28,534 bases of DNA, from positions 1 to 28,534 of the forward strand of contig JAVRLY010000010.1 in NCBI GenBank assembly GCA_031960885.1. Direction: 5' to 3'. A program made the translations under genes and the position numbers. The notes beneath the pieces were generated by a model, which worked only from the letters and a program-made list of their open reading frames with translations, ran no database searches and had not been told where the DNA came from. The stretch is from Desulfurella sp. GTDB taxonomy: Bacteria; Campylobacterota_A; Desulfurellia; Desulfurellales; Desulfurellaceae. This document shows, in pieces, positions 12,720-22,643 of the stretch. Each line of letters begins with the position of its first letter. Position 1 is the first letter of the stretch.

Positions 12720-13700
12720 TTAGACTTTTAATTTTTTTTCCCACTCCCATGCAGTTTGTATGATGTACTCTAGGCTATTGTATTTTTCTTGCCAATTAAG
12801 CAGCTTTTTTATTTTTGTATTGTCAGCTACAAGAAATGGCGGATCACCTTGGCGCCTTGGGGCATTAACTACTTTAAAATCAATTTTTGTAATTTCTTTT
12901 ACTTTATCAACAACTTGTTTTACAGAGTAGCCAATACCATATCCTACATTGAAAATTTCATTTTTAACTCTATTTTCTGTGATAGCCTTTAATGCGTAAA
13001 TATGAGCTAAAGCTAAATCATCAACGTGTATGTAATCTCTAATGCATGTGCCATCGGGTGTTGGATAATCAGAACCATAAATCTCCAACTTTTCAAACTC
13101 ACCTTTGGCGGTTTTTAAGGCTCTTGTAATCAAATGTGTGGCAAATTTATACGCTTGACCGATTTTAGCATCTTTGTCTGCACCTGCTGCATTAAAGTAT
13201 CTTAACGATATGAATTCAATTTGATCTGCCAAAGCCATATCAGTTAGAATGTTTTCAATAATTAATTTTGTGCGACCATATGGATTTATAGGCAAAGTTT
13301 GATGTGATTCTTTTATTGGTTTATTTTGCTTGGGTATGCCATATACTGCAGCACTAGAAGAAAAGATTAATTTATTAATCCCATTTTTTACCATTGCCTT
13401 AAATAAGTTAATAGAATTTTTAACATTATTTGAATAGTACAATATAGGATTAGATACAGATTCCCCAACTTGAATAGAAGCTGCAAAATGGATTATTGCA
13501 TCTGGTCTATATGTGGCGATTGCTTTATCTATAGAATCAAAATCGCATAAATCTCCAATAAATAATTCGCTTCCAAGCAATGCCCATTTGTGACCTGTTG
13601 ATAAGTTATCAAATGTTAATGTATCTATACTTTCATCGTTTAGTGCTTTAATTGTATGCGAACCAATATATCCAGCACCACCTGTAACCAAAACTTTCAT
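12720..13700 (-). CDS. galE: UDP-glucose 4-epimerase
   Basis: GGAGYIGSH, FSSSAAVYG, YGRTK (YxxxK), LRYFNAAG, DGTCIRDYIHV. Confidence 0.97.
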   Translation of the reverse strand: MKVLVTGGAGYIGSHTIKALNDESIDTLTFDNLSTGHKWALLGSELFIGDLCDFDSIDKAIATYRPDAIIHFAASIQVGESVSNPILYYSNNVKNSINLFKAMVKNGINKLIFSSSAAVYGIPKQNKPIKESHQTLPINPYGRTKLIIENILTDMALADQIEFISLRYFNAAGADKDAKIGQAYKFATHLITRALKTAKGEFEKLEIYGSDYPTPDGTCIRDYIHVDDLALAHIYALKAITENRVKNEIFNVGYGIGYSVKQVVDKVKEITKIDFKVVNAPRRQGDPPFLVADNTKIKKLLNWQEKYNSLEYIIQTAWEWEKKLKV

Positions 13701-13777
13701 TTCTGACCTCTATAAATTAAATTAGTTGACATAATGTAAATTATGCGAAGTTAATGTTTTTTACAAACACAACCAAA

Positions 13778-14683
13778 CTAACTAACTGCTGGACTTAAAT
13801 AACCCAAATTTTGAAACAATTCTGTTTCAAGTTTTGGGGAGCCAATTACGACGTACGATTTTTTGTCTTTTAGTAGATTTGATACGAGCCTATAATTTAA
13901 ATTATGGCCTGATTTGTATGCTATATAATGGGCTTTTAGGTCATAGTTTAAAATCGATAAGTCTCCTATTGCATCAAGTATTTTATGTCTTACAAATTCA
14001 TTTTCATATCTAAGCGGATCTTCGTTGACTATACCGTAATCATCAACTACCACAGCATTATCCAAGCTTCCACCCAATGCGAGGTTGTTTTGTTGCATGT
14101 ATTCTATATCTCTTAAAAAGCAAAAGGTTCTTGCTTTGCTTATTTCTTTGATAAAATTATGTTCATTTATTTCCAATTCATACTTTTGTTTACCTATAAA
14201 AGTACCATCAAACGCAATTGCATAGCTAATTTTGAATTTTCTGCAAGGCACAAGAGCAACAAATTTTCCATTATCTTTAATTTTTACAGGTTTTGTAACA
14301 ACGAGGACTTTTTTGTAATTTTTTTGCTCAACAAATGAGGCATTTTTTAATAAATAAACCCATGGTGCGCTTGAACCATCAAGTATCGGCACTTCTTCAT
14401 TATCTATTCGTATAATGCAATTATCAATATTTAATGCATATAAACTTGCAAGCAGATGTTCAACGGTTTTTACATATACACCATTTATTCCTAATGTTGT
14501 AGATAAAGTTGTATCAACAACGTTGTTTTGATTGGCTTGGATAAAAACATTTTTGTCAGTTCTATGAAATAAAATACCAGTATTTTCTTGAGCCGGTTCT
14601 ATGATAATATCTACTTTTTTACCTGTATGAACGCCTATTCCCGATACCTTAATAATTTCTTTAATGGTCCTTTGTTTTCTCAA
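13778..14683 (-). CDS. lpxC: UDP-3-O-acyl-N-acetylglucosamine deacetylase
   Basis: GIGVHTG, TVEHLLA, PILDGS, ARTF, RHKILDAIGDL, KSGH. TTG start in a TTGA overlap with the carA stop, SD GGAGG. Confidence 0.97.
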   Translation of the reverse strand: MRKQRTIKEIIKVSGIGVHTGKKVDIIIEPAQENTGILFHRTDKNVFIQANQNNVVDTTLSTTLGINGVYVKTVEHLLASLYALNIDNCIIRIDNEEVPILDGSSAPWVYLLKNASFVEQKNYKKVLVVTKPVKIKDNGKFVALVPCRKFKISYAIAFDGTFIGKQKYELEINEHNFIKEISKARTFCFLRDIEYMQQNNLALGGSLDNAVVVDDYGIVNEDPLRYENEFVRHKILDAIGDLSILNYDLKAHYIAYKSGHNLNYRLVSNLLKDKKSYVVIGSPKLETELFQNLGYLSPAVS

Positions 14684-15816
14684 TTTATACCTCCTGTAAC
14701 CATTTTGTAAAATTCACCAAACAAATACGCCGAATCGTGTGGTCCTGCACTTGCTTCTGGATGGTATTGGACAGCAAATATCGGTAAATCTTTATGTTTA
14801 ATTCCTTCTATACTGTAATCATTTAAATTTTTATGTGTTATTTGAAAGCCACTATGTTTTAGAGCATTTTCTTCTACAGCATAATTATGGTTTTGAGTGG
14901 TTATTTCAATTTTTCCTGTAATTAAGTTTTTTACTGGATGGTTTGCTCCGTGATGTCCAAATTTTAATTTGTAAATTTCTGATTCGAATATTCTTGCGAT
15001 TATTTGCAAACCAAAACAAATTCCAAATGTTGGATATTCTAAAATTATTTTTTTTATTTCCTGTATATGTTCTTTCTTAAGGCCTCTTGGATCTCCTGGT
15101 CCATTCGATAAAAATATAGCATCTGGAGATAAGCTTTTTACATAATCATACTTAGAATAAGCATTTATTATTATTACTTCGAAGCCTACGCTATATAAAT
15201 GTCTTAAAATATTACTTTTTGTCCCAAAATCATACACAATGACTTTTGGTTTTTTAGAACTATGTTGCGCTTTTGTCTTGTTTTCAAAATTAAATTGGTA
15301 TAAAGGCTCTTTCCATTCTTTGGTTGATGTGCACGTCACATATTGAACCAAATCTTTTCCTATAATTGTGCCTAAATTTTTTGAATGGTCTATCAGTTCA
15401 TCTTTTGTGAAATCTTGAGTTGTAATCATACCCATCATACTACCAGACTCTCGTAAAATTTTTGTCAAATATCTTGTATCTATGTCTGAAATTCCCACTA
15501 TTTTGTTAGCCATTAAATATTCTTCAAGTGTGTATTTGGCTCTAAAGCTTGAAGCTATGTTTGATAATTCTTTTATAATAAAACCTTCAGCCATAGGTTT
15601 TTCGCTTTCAATATCAATATCATTTGCACCATAATTACCAATTTGTGGATATGTCATAAGTATAATCTGACCTTTGTATGATGGATCCGTTAATATTTCT
15701 TGATAACCGCTCATGCTAGTATTAAAAACTACCTCGCCTATTGTAGTACCATCTGAGCCAATGGAACAACCTTCAAAGATTGTTCCATTTTCTAACACTA
15801 AATAAGCTTTCTTCAT
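14680..15816 (-). CDS. carA: Carbamoyl-phosphate synthase small subunit
   Basis: GEVVFNTSMSGYQEILTDPSY, SNGPGDP, GICFG nucleophile, FGHHGANHP, QYHPEA. Confidence 0.97.
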   Translation of the reverse strand: MKKAYLVLENGTIFEGCSIGSDGTTIGEVVFNTSMSGYQEILTDPSYKGQIILMTYPQIGNYGANDIDIESEKPMAEGFIIKELSNIASSFRAKYTLEEYLMANKIVGISDIDTRYLTKILRESGSMMGMITTQDFTKDELIDHSKNLGTIIGKDLVQYVTCTSTKEWKEPLYQFNFENKTKAQHSSKKPKVIVYDFGTKSNILRHLYSVGFEVIIINAYSKYDYVKSLSPDAIFLSNGPGDPRGLKKEHIQEIKKIILEYPTFGICFGLQIIARIFESEIYKLKFGHHGANHPVKNLITGKIEITTQNHNYAVEENALKHSGFQITHKNLNDYSIEGIKHKDLPIFAVQYHPEASAGPHDSAYLFGEFYKMVTGGIN

Positions 15817-16088
15817 TTTAATAACCTTTTGTTTAATTCTTGTTCATATATTTGGTTAAATGTTACATCCCACTCTATGCTACCAGCTATAAGTTTCTTT
15901 TTCTTTTTAATCTCTTCCAATGCGGCCTCGTAGGCTTGACTATTTATATTAAAATAATCTTGAATAACATTTTCAATCTCAGATAGTAAAATATCTCTCG
16001 ATGCCAAAAAGTCAACTAGTTTATTACTTTCTAAATCTTTTACTATATTTCTTGCAATGTTTCGTATCCTATCTTTGGAATATTTCAT
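15813..16088 (-). CDS. DUF507-like protein (second of tandem pair)
   Basis: 91-aa helical protein resembling its upstream neighbour and the C-terminal half of campylobacterial DUF507 (GSIEWD...YEQEL.KR); ATGA overlaps on both sides. Confidence 0.7.
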   Translation of the reverse strand: MKYSKDRIRNIARNIVKDLESNKLVDFLASRDILLSEIENVIQDYFNINSQAYEAALEEIKKKKKLIAGSIEWDVTFNQIYEQELNKRLLK

Positions 16089-16366
16089 AAAACAAAACCT
16101 TCTTTTTCTGCAATCTTTCTCTTCATCATTTGAAAAAATTTTGTTTGATCGATATTTTCTTGTCTAATTTGTTCTGAGTAGTTTTCAATATACAATAGTG
16201 TTTTTTGATCTATTTCTTTTTCTTTTAACACATCTTGTTTTAAAGTTTTTTTAACGAAATCTATAATAACCATCTTATCTTTTTTTAATTGAACTAGACC
16301 TTTTTTTATCATTGTGTTGACTATTTTATCCGATATAAAACTTATTTCTTTTTCGTTTAATGCCAT
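16085..16366 (-). CDS. DUF507-like protein (first of tandem pair)
   Basis: 93 aa; EKEID...FQMMKRKIAEKEGFVL C-terminus typical of DUF507; SD GGAG. Confidence 0.75.
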   Translation of the reverse strand: MALNEKEISFISDKIVNTMIKKGLVQLKKDKMVIIDFVKKTLKQDVLKEKEIDQKTLLYIENYSEQIRQENIDQTKFFQMMKRKIAEKEGFVL

Positions 16367-16434
16367 TTTAACACTCCATTTTCTATATTTAACCGCTTTT
16401 TAGCAGTTGCGAAAATATATAAGAACATAAGTTT

Positions 16435-17562
16435 TTAACTTTCCTTGTTCCTTATATAAGTCGGTATATCAAATTTATCCTCAATTGGCATTTCAGATAT
16501 TTTCCTTATTTCGTTAAAATATTCTTTATCTATATTTCTATACCGTATATTGCCTTTTTTTGTCAAATTAGTTTTGCCTTTTTCTTCGAAACCAGTTGCA
16601 ATAATAGTTACGCGAACCTTTTCTTCTATATTATCGTTAACAATAAAACCATATTTAAAAATAGCTTGTTCATTCATGGCATTTTGTATTATGCTGGCTG
16701 CTTCTTCCAATTCCTGCAAACCAAAATTACTGCTAGCTGTGATATTCATAAGAATACCTTTGGCGCCTTCTATGCTAGTATTTTCAAGCAAAGGATTTGA
16801 TATGGCCATTTCAGTGGCTATTTTTATACGATTATCGCCTGTTGCTTCACCAATTCCCATCAAGGCAATGCCCTTTTCGCTCATAATTGTTTGGGCATCT
16901 GCAAAATCAATATTGATAATAAACGAAGTATTGTCTGAGGGTTTTTGAACTAATTCAACAATACTTTGCACAGCTTGCCTTAAAATATCGTCGGCTTTTT
17001 TGAAAGCATCAATCAATGTTAGGTTTTTGTATAGATCAAATAATTTTTGATTCGGTACTATAATTATGCTATCAACAATTTGTTTGAGTTCTTCCAAACC
17101 CTCTTTTGCTACTTTTTCTTTATTTTTGCCTTCGTAATTAAAAGGTTTAGTAATAACGCCAATTGTCAGCGCACCTAAATCTTTTGCAACTTTAGCAACA
17201 ACTGGGCTTGCGCCTGTGCCCGTACCACCACCCATACCCGCAGTTATAAATACCATGTCAGCGCCTTGTAGAACTTTTTTAATATCTTCTATATTTTCTT
17301 CAGCGGACAATTTGCCTTTTTGAGGATCACTTCCAGCGCCTAAACCTTTTGTTAAGTTAGTGCCAATTTGTAATTTTATAGGAGCAAGGGATAAGTTCAA
17401 TGCTTGTTGATCTGTATTAACAGAAATAAACTCCACATGTTTAATGCCATATTTAACCATATTGTTTACCGCATTTGAACCACCACCACCAACACCAACC
17501 ACCTTTATAACGGCCCCATCTTTAACAACTGAAGCATTTGTTTTTTCTTTTGTCTCACTCAT
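16435..17562 (-). CDS. ftsZ: Cell division protein FtsZ
   Basis: VGVGGGGSNA, tubulin signature GMGGGTGTG, NIDFAD, VTIIATG, C-terminal DIPTYIR. Confidence 0.99.
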   Translation of the reverse strand: MSETKEKTNASVVKDGAVIKVVGVGGGGSNAVNNMVKYGIKHVEFISVNTDQQALNLSLAPIKLQIGTNLTKGLGAGSDPQKGKLSAEENIEDIKKVLQGADMVFITAGMGGGTGTGASPVVAKVAKDLGALTIGVITKPFNYEGKNKEKVAKEGLEELKQIVDSIIIVPNQKLFDLYKNLTLIDAFKKADDILRQAVQSIVELVQKPSDNTSFIINIDFADAQTIMSEKGIALMGIGEATGDNRIKIATEMAISNPLLENTSIEGAKGILMNITASSNFGLQELEEAASIIQNAMNEQAIFKYGFIVNDNIEEKVRVTIIATGFEEKGKTNLTKKGNIRYRNIDKEYFNEIRKISEMPIEDKFDIPTYIRNKES

Positions 17563-18801
17563 TTAAAACATCTCCTTAATCCACTTCTTCATTTTTGAAA
17601 TAATAGAAGAAAAAGATGCATCACCGCTGGTTGGTGTTGCTAATACATTGCCTTTTTCTTGCTGATTTTCAATTGCATACATTGTTAGACCAATAGCGGT
17701 TGAATACATCGGATTATCTAAAGCATCCTTTATACCACCAATATTAATGGGACTACCTACCCTTACCGGTAGTTTAAATACATTTTCTCCTAAATCAGCA
17801 ATGTTTTCCAACATCGCGCTTCCACCGGTCAAAACTATGCCAGCGCCAAGCAATCCCAAAATATTTAATTTTTCCAGTTCTTCTTTAACAAAAGAAAATA
17901 TTTCTTCTACTCTTGGTTCAATAATCTGAGCTAAATCACTTTTGTATATTTGTTTGATTTTTGACGAAAAATTTCTCTGAAGTTCAATCGTTCTATCTTC
18001 ATAATCACCTTCAACCATTGCTGTACCATAATTAATTTTTATATTCTCAGCTTCTTTATATGGCAATCGAAATGCTACAGAAATATCATTTGTTATATGG
18101 TCTCCACCAATTGATAATACAAACGTATGTTTAAGTGAATTATTTAAAAATACAGCTACATCTGTTGTGCCGCCGCCAATATCAACCAAACAAACGCCAA
18201 TATCTTTTTCGTCTTGGGTTAATACGGCCAAAGATGAAGCTATGGGTTGCAAAACTATATCAATTACATTTAGATTGCTTTTTTGACAACATTTTATGAT
18301 GTTTTGTATATTAGATACTACGCCTGTTACAACATGCACTTTGGCTTCAAGCCTTGTACACGACATACCCAGAGGTTCCTTTATGCCAGCTTGTTCATCA
18401 ACAATAAATTCTTGCGGTATAATGTGAATAATCTCTCTATCTGGTGGTATAATAATAGCCTTTGCTCCATCTATAACCCTTTTAATGTCAGCTTCTGTTA
18501 CTTCATTGTCCTTTACAGCTATTACACCTGTTGAGTTATAAGATCGTATGTGACTGCCTGAGATACCTGTAAAAACATTAGTGATTTTAATCCCACTCAT
18601 TTGTTCAGCTTTGAAAATTGACTTTTTAATGGAGTCAACAGCTTGGTCTATGTTTATTACAATACCTTTTCTTAATCCGGAAGATGGGTTTGTGCCTATA
18701 CCTATTATTTTTAACTCTGGCGCCTCGTATTTGCCAACCACAGTACACACTTTCGTTGTGCCTATATCCAATCCTACTATAATTCTACCACTATCTTCCA
18801 C
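17563..18801 (-). CDS. ftsA: Cell division protein FtsA
   Basis: GLDIGTTK, VDIGGGTTD, GGDHITND, LTGGSA, C-terminal amphipathic helix KKWIKEMF; GTG start. Confidence 0.98.
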   Translation of the reverse strand: MEDSGRIIVGLDIGTTKVCTVVGKYEAPELKIIGIGTNPSSGLRKGIVINIDQAVDSIKKSIFKAEQMSGIKITNVFTGISGSHIRSYNSTGVIAVKDNEVTEADIKRVIDGAKAIIIPPDREIIHIIPQEFIVDEQAGIKEPLGMSCTRLEAKVHVVTGVVSNIQNIIKCCQKSNLNVIDIVLQPIASSLAVLTQDEKDIGVCLVDIGGGTTDVAVFLNNSLKHTFVLSIGGDHITNDISVAFRLPYKEAENIKINYGTAMVEGDYEDRTIELQRNFSSKIKQIYKSDLAQIIEPRVEEIFSFVKEELEKLNILGLLGAGIVLTGGSAMLENIADLGENVFKLPVRVGSPINIGGIKDALDNPMYSTAIGLTMYAIENQQEKGNVLATPTSGDASFSSIISKMKKWIKEMF

Positions 18802-19591
18802 TGTTTATCTCCTTTGTATTCCATTTTATTATTATTCTATCTGGGTAACATATAGAAACACTTTCAATCTTTTGTATGTCAGGTAGCAATTTAGGCCAAA
18901 TTATTTTAAATCTTTCTATAGATTTATCATAATCACAATTTTCCATATTAGCTTTTACCATAATACCATTTTCTAGAAAAACATCAAATTTATTACCTAC
19001 CATACTAATATAACTAATTTTTTCTAATTTGTCTAACTTTTTGTAAAGTTTAACAAGTCCTAAGACAGTGTTTTTATTATTTATTTGTGGTGTTAGATTT
19101 GACATTTTTATATGTAAGATTTTATTTGTTTTTATTTTTTTCGGATCAATACTATCTGTTATATATTGACCATTTTCTGCAAAAAGCAATTGTCTATTGT
19201 TAAACTCAATTATGCATAAAGGTTTTTTTTCTTTAATATCTATATATAATGTATCGGGTTTTATAATAGCAACGTTTGCATAAGCTATAAAAGGATTTTG
19301 CCTTAATTTATTATAAACCTCTATTTGAAGTTGTTTGCTCAGTTTAGTATTATTATCAATTTTGAGGCTGTTTATAAGATAATTTGAATTTATAATATTG
19401 TTACCTGTTACATATATATATTTGATTTTTTTTTCCTCAAAATTTTTTAAAAAGTAGAAACCTTTATATATTGAATACGACACAATTAAAATTAAAATTC
19501 CAAATAAAATAGATATTGTAAAAAATTTTTTTATATTTGATGATTTTTTATTTGTTTTTTTGTAAGACTTAAAATTTTTAAAATCCTTCAT
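18791..19591 (-). CDS. ftsQ: Cell division protein FtsQ/DivIB
   Basis: Basic N-tail, single TM, POTRA-like segment (VTGN...NPFI...PDTLYIDIKEK); between ddl and ftsA. Confidence 0.85.
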   Translation of the reverse strand: MKDFKNFKSYKKTNKKSSNIKKFFTISILFGILILIVSYSIYKGFYFLKNFEEKKIKYIYVTGNNIINSNYLINSLKIDNNTKLSKQLQIEVYNKLRQNPFIAYANVAIIKPDTLYIDIKEKKPLCIIEFNNRQLLFAENGQYITDSIDPKKIKTNKILHIKMSNLTPQINNKNTVLGLVKLYKKLDKLEKISYISMVGNKFDVFLENGIMVKANMENCDYDKSIERFKIIWPKLLPDIQKIESVSICYPDRIIIKWNTKEINSGR

Positions 19592-20474
19592 AAGCTGATT
19601 TTAATATTCTATCAACCAACATCTCAAAACTTATATTTATACTTTTTGCTGCACTTGGCAACAAACTTGTTTGAGTCATGCCAGGTATAGTATTTACTTC
19701 CAACACATATGGCACATTTCTTTCTATTATCATATCAATTCTGATGGCTCCCTTGCAATAAAGCGCCTTATAGATTGTTTTGCCTATTATATTAATTTCA
19801 TCAATTATAGATTTGTCTACCCTAGCTGGTATAATATATTCTGTTGCGCCTTTAGTGTATTTGTTTTCATAATTATAAAAACCTTTTTTTGGAGCAATTT
19901 CTATAAGAGGCAAACACTCACCATTTAGCATACTAAGCGTTACTTCAGTTCCTGTTATTTTTTCTTCAATAAGCAATTCTTTGAATTTTTTAAAAAGTTC
20001 AATGCATGCAATTTCAAGTTGAGTTTTATCGTAAGCGAACTCTATACCAATTGAAGATCCTTCATTGTTAGGTTTTATGCATAATGGAAAGCTGACAATG
20101 TGTTGAATATCATTTATGCTTTTAACCAAAAAAGCTTTTTTTGTAGGTATATGGTATTCTTTGAGAATTGCTTTTGTAAAAAACTTATTCATACAGATTT
20201 TACTTGAAAGTGAATTAGAACCGGTGTATTTAATATTATACATCTCAAGCGCAGCTTGCAATGTGCCATCTTCACCAAATCCACCATGTAAAGCAATAAA
20301 TACAACATCGGGTTTTTTCTTTACAATTGTTTCTATGCAATCTTTTTTAGAATCGCAAATAAACATTTCTGCATCGTATTTTAGATTTGATAAAGCTTGA
20401 AAAATTGCAGTTCCAGTTTTTATTGATATTTCTTTTTCTGATGAATCGCCACCGCAGACAACTAAAATACTCAT
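19578..20474 (-). CDS. ddl: D-alanine--D-alanine ligase
   Basis: GGDSSEKEIS, LHGGFGEDG, KPNNEGSSIG, YNYENKY, LEVNTIPG. Confidence 0.97.
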   Translation of the reverse strand: MSILVVCGGDSSEKEISIKTGTAIFQALSNLKYDAEMFICDSKKDCIETIVKKKPDVVFIALHGGFGEDGTLQAALEMYNIKYTGSNSLSSKICMNKFFTKAILKEYHIPTKKAFLVKSINDIQHIVSFPLCIKPNNEGSSIGIEFAYDKTQLEIACIELFKKFKELLIEEKITGTEVTLSMLNGECLPLIEIAPKKGFYNYENKYTKGATEYIIPARVDKSIIDEINIIGKTIYKALYCKGAIRIDMIIERNVPYVLEVNTIPGMTQTSLLPSAAKSINISFEMLVDRILKSAYEGF

Positions 20475-21280
20475 AGTATAACAACCTCCTCTTCTAGCTC
20501 AATGTTAAATTTCTTATAAACACTATTCTTTACGATATCAATTAAGCTCGATACATCATCTGCAGTGGCTTTATCTAAATTGATAATATAGTTTGCATGT
20601 TTTTGACTTATCATTGCATCATTAACGCTAACGCCTTTTAATCCACACTCTTCAATTAATTTGCCAGCTATGAGGTTTTTTGGGTTCTTAAAAACACTAC
20701 CAAATGTGCGCACTATATGAGCATTTGTTACTCTTTTGTTTACATTTTGTCTAATCTTTTCTTCAATTTCGCTTGGACTTGACTTCGTTAGATTTAAGGC
20801 CACTTCTAGTATAATTTCATCTTTTAAATTTGACGTTCTATATCCAAAACCAGCTTCATCTTTGTAAACGGTATGTATGCCTTTATCCAAGCTATAACAT
20901 ATTGCATATTTAAAGACATCCTGAATGCTTTTCCCAAATGCACCGGCGTTCATTCTTATACAACCACCAATGGATGCTGGAACACCAGCCAAAAACTCCA
21001 AGCCGGAAAGTCCTTTTGTGATTAATTTCTTATTTATTAAATTTATATGTGTTGAGCCTCCAATTACAACTAGGCAATCTAGTGTATTTATGTAAGAAAA
21101 ACTTTCGGATAATTTGTAAATTTTTCGTTTGTTTTTAATTAAAATATTGCTTCCTGCGCCAATTAACGCACCTTGTTCAATTTGTGCCAAATCATTTATG
21201 TTTTCTATATAATCTAATACGCATGTGCCATATTGTTTGAATGATGTTACAAAGCTTGTATTTGTCTCAACTTGATACAT
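20471..21280 (-). CDS. murB: UDP-N-acetylmuramate dehydrogenase
   Basis: GAGSNIL, GLEFLAGVPASIGG..MNAGA, FGYRTS, GSVFKNP, KHANYIIN. Confidence 0.93.
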   Translation of the reverse strand: MYQVETNTSFVTSFKQYGTCVLDYIENINDLAQIEQGALIGAGSNILIKNKRKIYKLSESFSYINTLDCLVVIGGSTHINLINKKLITKGLSGLEFLAGVPASIGGCIRMNAGAFGKSIQDVFKYAICYSLDKGIHTVYKDEAGFGYRTSNLKDEIILEVALNLTKSSPSEIEEKIRQNVNKRVTNAHIVRTFGSVFKNPKNLIAGKLIEECGLKGVSVNDAMISQKHANYIINLDKATADDVSSLIDIVKNSVYKKFNIELEEEVVIL

Positions 21281-22643
21281 TTGAGCCCAATTGATATGAA
21301 AGTTTTGTTACATCACCGGCGCCCATTGTTATCACTAAATCGCCATCTTTTGTTTGTTCAAGCAAAATTTGTTTTAGATTGTCTATGTTATCAATATATA
21401 TGCAGTTGTTTGAAAATTTCTTAATATTTTCGCTCAATACTTTTGAATTAATACCATCAATTGGGGATTCGCCTGCTGGATATATATCTAGCAAATAAAC
21501 AATATCAGCTAGCTTAAAACATTTCGTAAACTCATCCATTAAAGATTGTACCCTTGTGTATCTATGGGGTTGAAATATTGCTATTACACGAGATTTAGCT
21601 ACATGTCTAGCTGCTTCTAGCGTAGCTTCTATTTCTCTTGGATGATGGGCATAATCATCGTAAACTTCAACATTTTCTTTTAAAAAAGAGCGAAAACTAA
21701 ATCTCCTATCTACACCGCTAAAAAATTCGAGTGACTTTTGTAAATGTTCTTCGCTTATGCGTAAAATATGGGCTAAAGCAACTATAGAAAGAGAATTGGA
21801 TATATTGTGCGTGCCTGGTATGTTTAATGTTATGTGTATATCTTTTTGTGGCGTATGTACCAAAAATTCACTTGATTTTCCACTATAGCGTATATCTTCA
21901 GTCCAAAAGTGAGCCTGTTTATTATGTAAAGAATAAGTAAAACAACGTTCTAGATTTAAACCTTGCGCAATTTTTGATAAATTTGGATCATCAATATTTA
22001 GTATTGCATAGTTGCTTTTTTTGATAAATTCTTTGAATGCTTCAACTTCATTTTCAAGTTTTTTGTAATAGCTTAGATGGTCATTATCAATGTTTGTTAC
22101 AATAGCAATTTTGGGATTTAATAATAAAAAACCGCCATCACTTTCATCAGCTTCTGCAATAAAATAATTACTATTGCCACACATTACATTTTGTTTAATT
22201 TTTTGTATTCTTCCTCCAATTATAGCTGTAGGGTTAAGTGATGCTTCGCACAAAAGTTCTGTGGCAAGCGATGTAGTTGTGGTTTTACCATGAGACCCGG
22301 CAATTGCTATACCAAATTTTTCATTAAATAGGTATGCTAACAATTCATAGCGTTTTAAAACCCTGATATTGAGTTTTTTGGATTCAATAACTTCTATATT
22401 ATCGTCTTTAATAGCAGATGATGTAATAACAAGCCCAATATTAGACTCATTTGTAATATTTTGCGCTTTATGGCCAATATTTATATGTATGCCCAAATTT
22501 TTAAGAAATAAAACATTTTTGTTTTCACTAGCATCCGATCCACTTACTTTATAACCCAGTGTATGCAAATACTGAGCAATAGAGCTCATGCCTATACCGC
22601 CAATGCCAATGAAGTAAATAGTTTTATTGTTTAAATCGTTTAA
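21267..22643 (-). CDS. murC: UDP-N-acetylmuramate--L-alanine ligase (start uncertain; frame extends upstream of ATG 22589)
   Basis: AGSHGKTTT, EADESDG, TNIDNDH, DDYAHHP, FQPHRYTR. The conserved IYFIGIGGIG lies in frame at 22619-22590, upstream of the ORF-track ATG; proposed start TTA at 22643. Confidence 0.93.
   Translation of the reverse strand, partial: LNDLNNKTIYFIGIGGIGMSSIAQYLHTLGYKVSGSDASENKNVLFLKNLGIHINIGHKAQNITNESNIGLVITSSAIKDDNIEVIESKKLNIRVLKRYELLAYLFNEKFGIAIAGSHGKTTTTSLATELLCEASLNPTAIIGGRIQKIKQNVMCGNSNYFIAEADESDGGFLLLNPKIAIVTNIDNDHLSYYKKLENEVEAFKEFIKKSNYAILNIDDPNLSKIAQGLNLERCFTYSLHNKQAHFWTEDIRYSGKSSEFLVHTPQKDIHITLNIPGTHNISNSLSIVALAHILRISEEHLQKSLEFFSGVDRRFSFRSFLKENVEVYDDYAHHPREIEATLEAARHVAKSRVIAIFQPHRYTRVQSLMDEFTKCFKLADIVYLLDIYPAGESPIDGINSKVLSENIKKFSNNCIYIDNIDNLKQILLEQTKDGDLVITMGAGDVTKLSYQLGSNVSS

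Noticed and set aside
14995..15030. CarA GICFGLQ instead of GICLGHQ
   Set aside because: The nucleophile Cys and HPE residues are intact; this is ordinary variation among class I amidotransferases.
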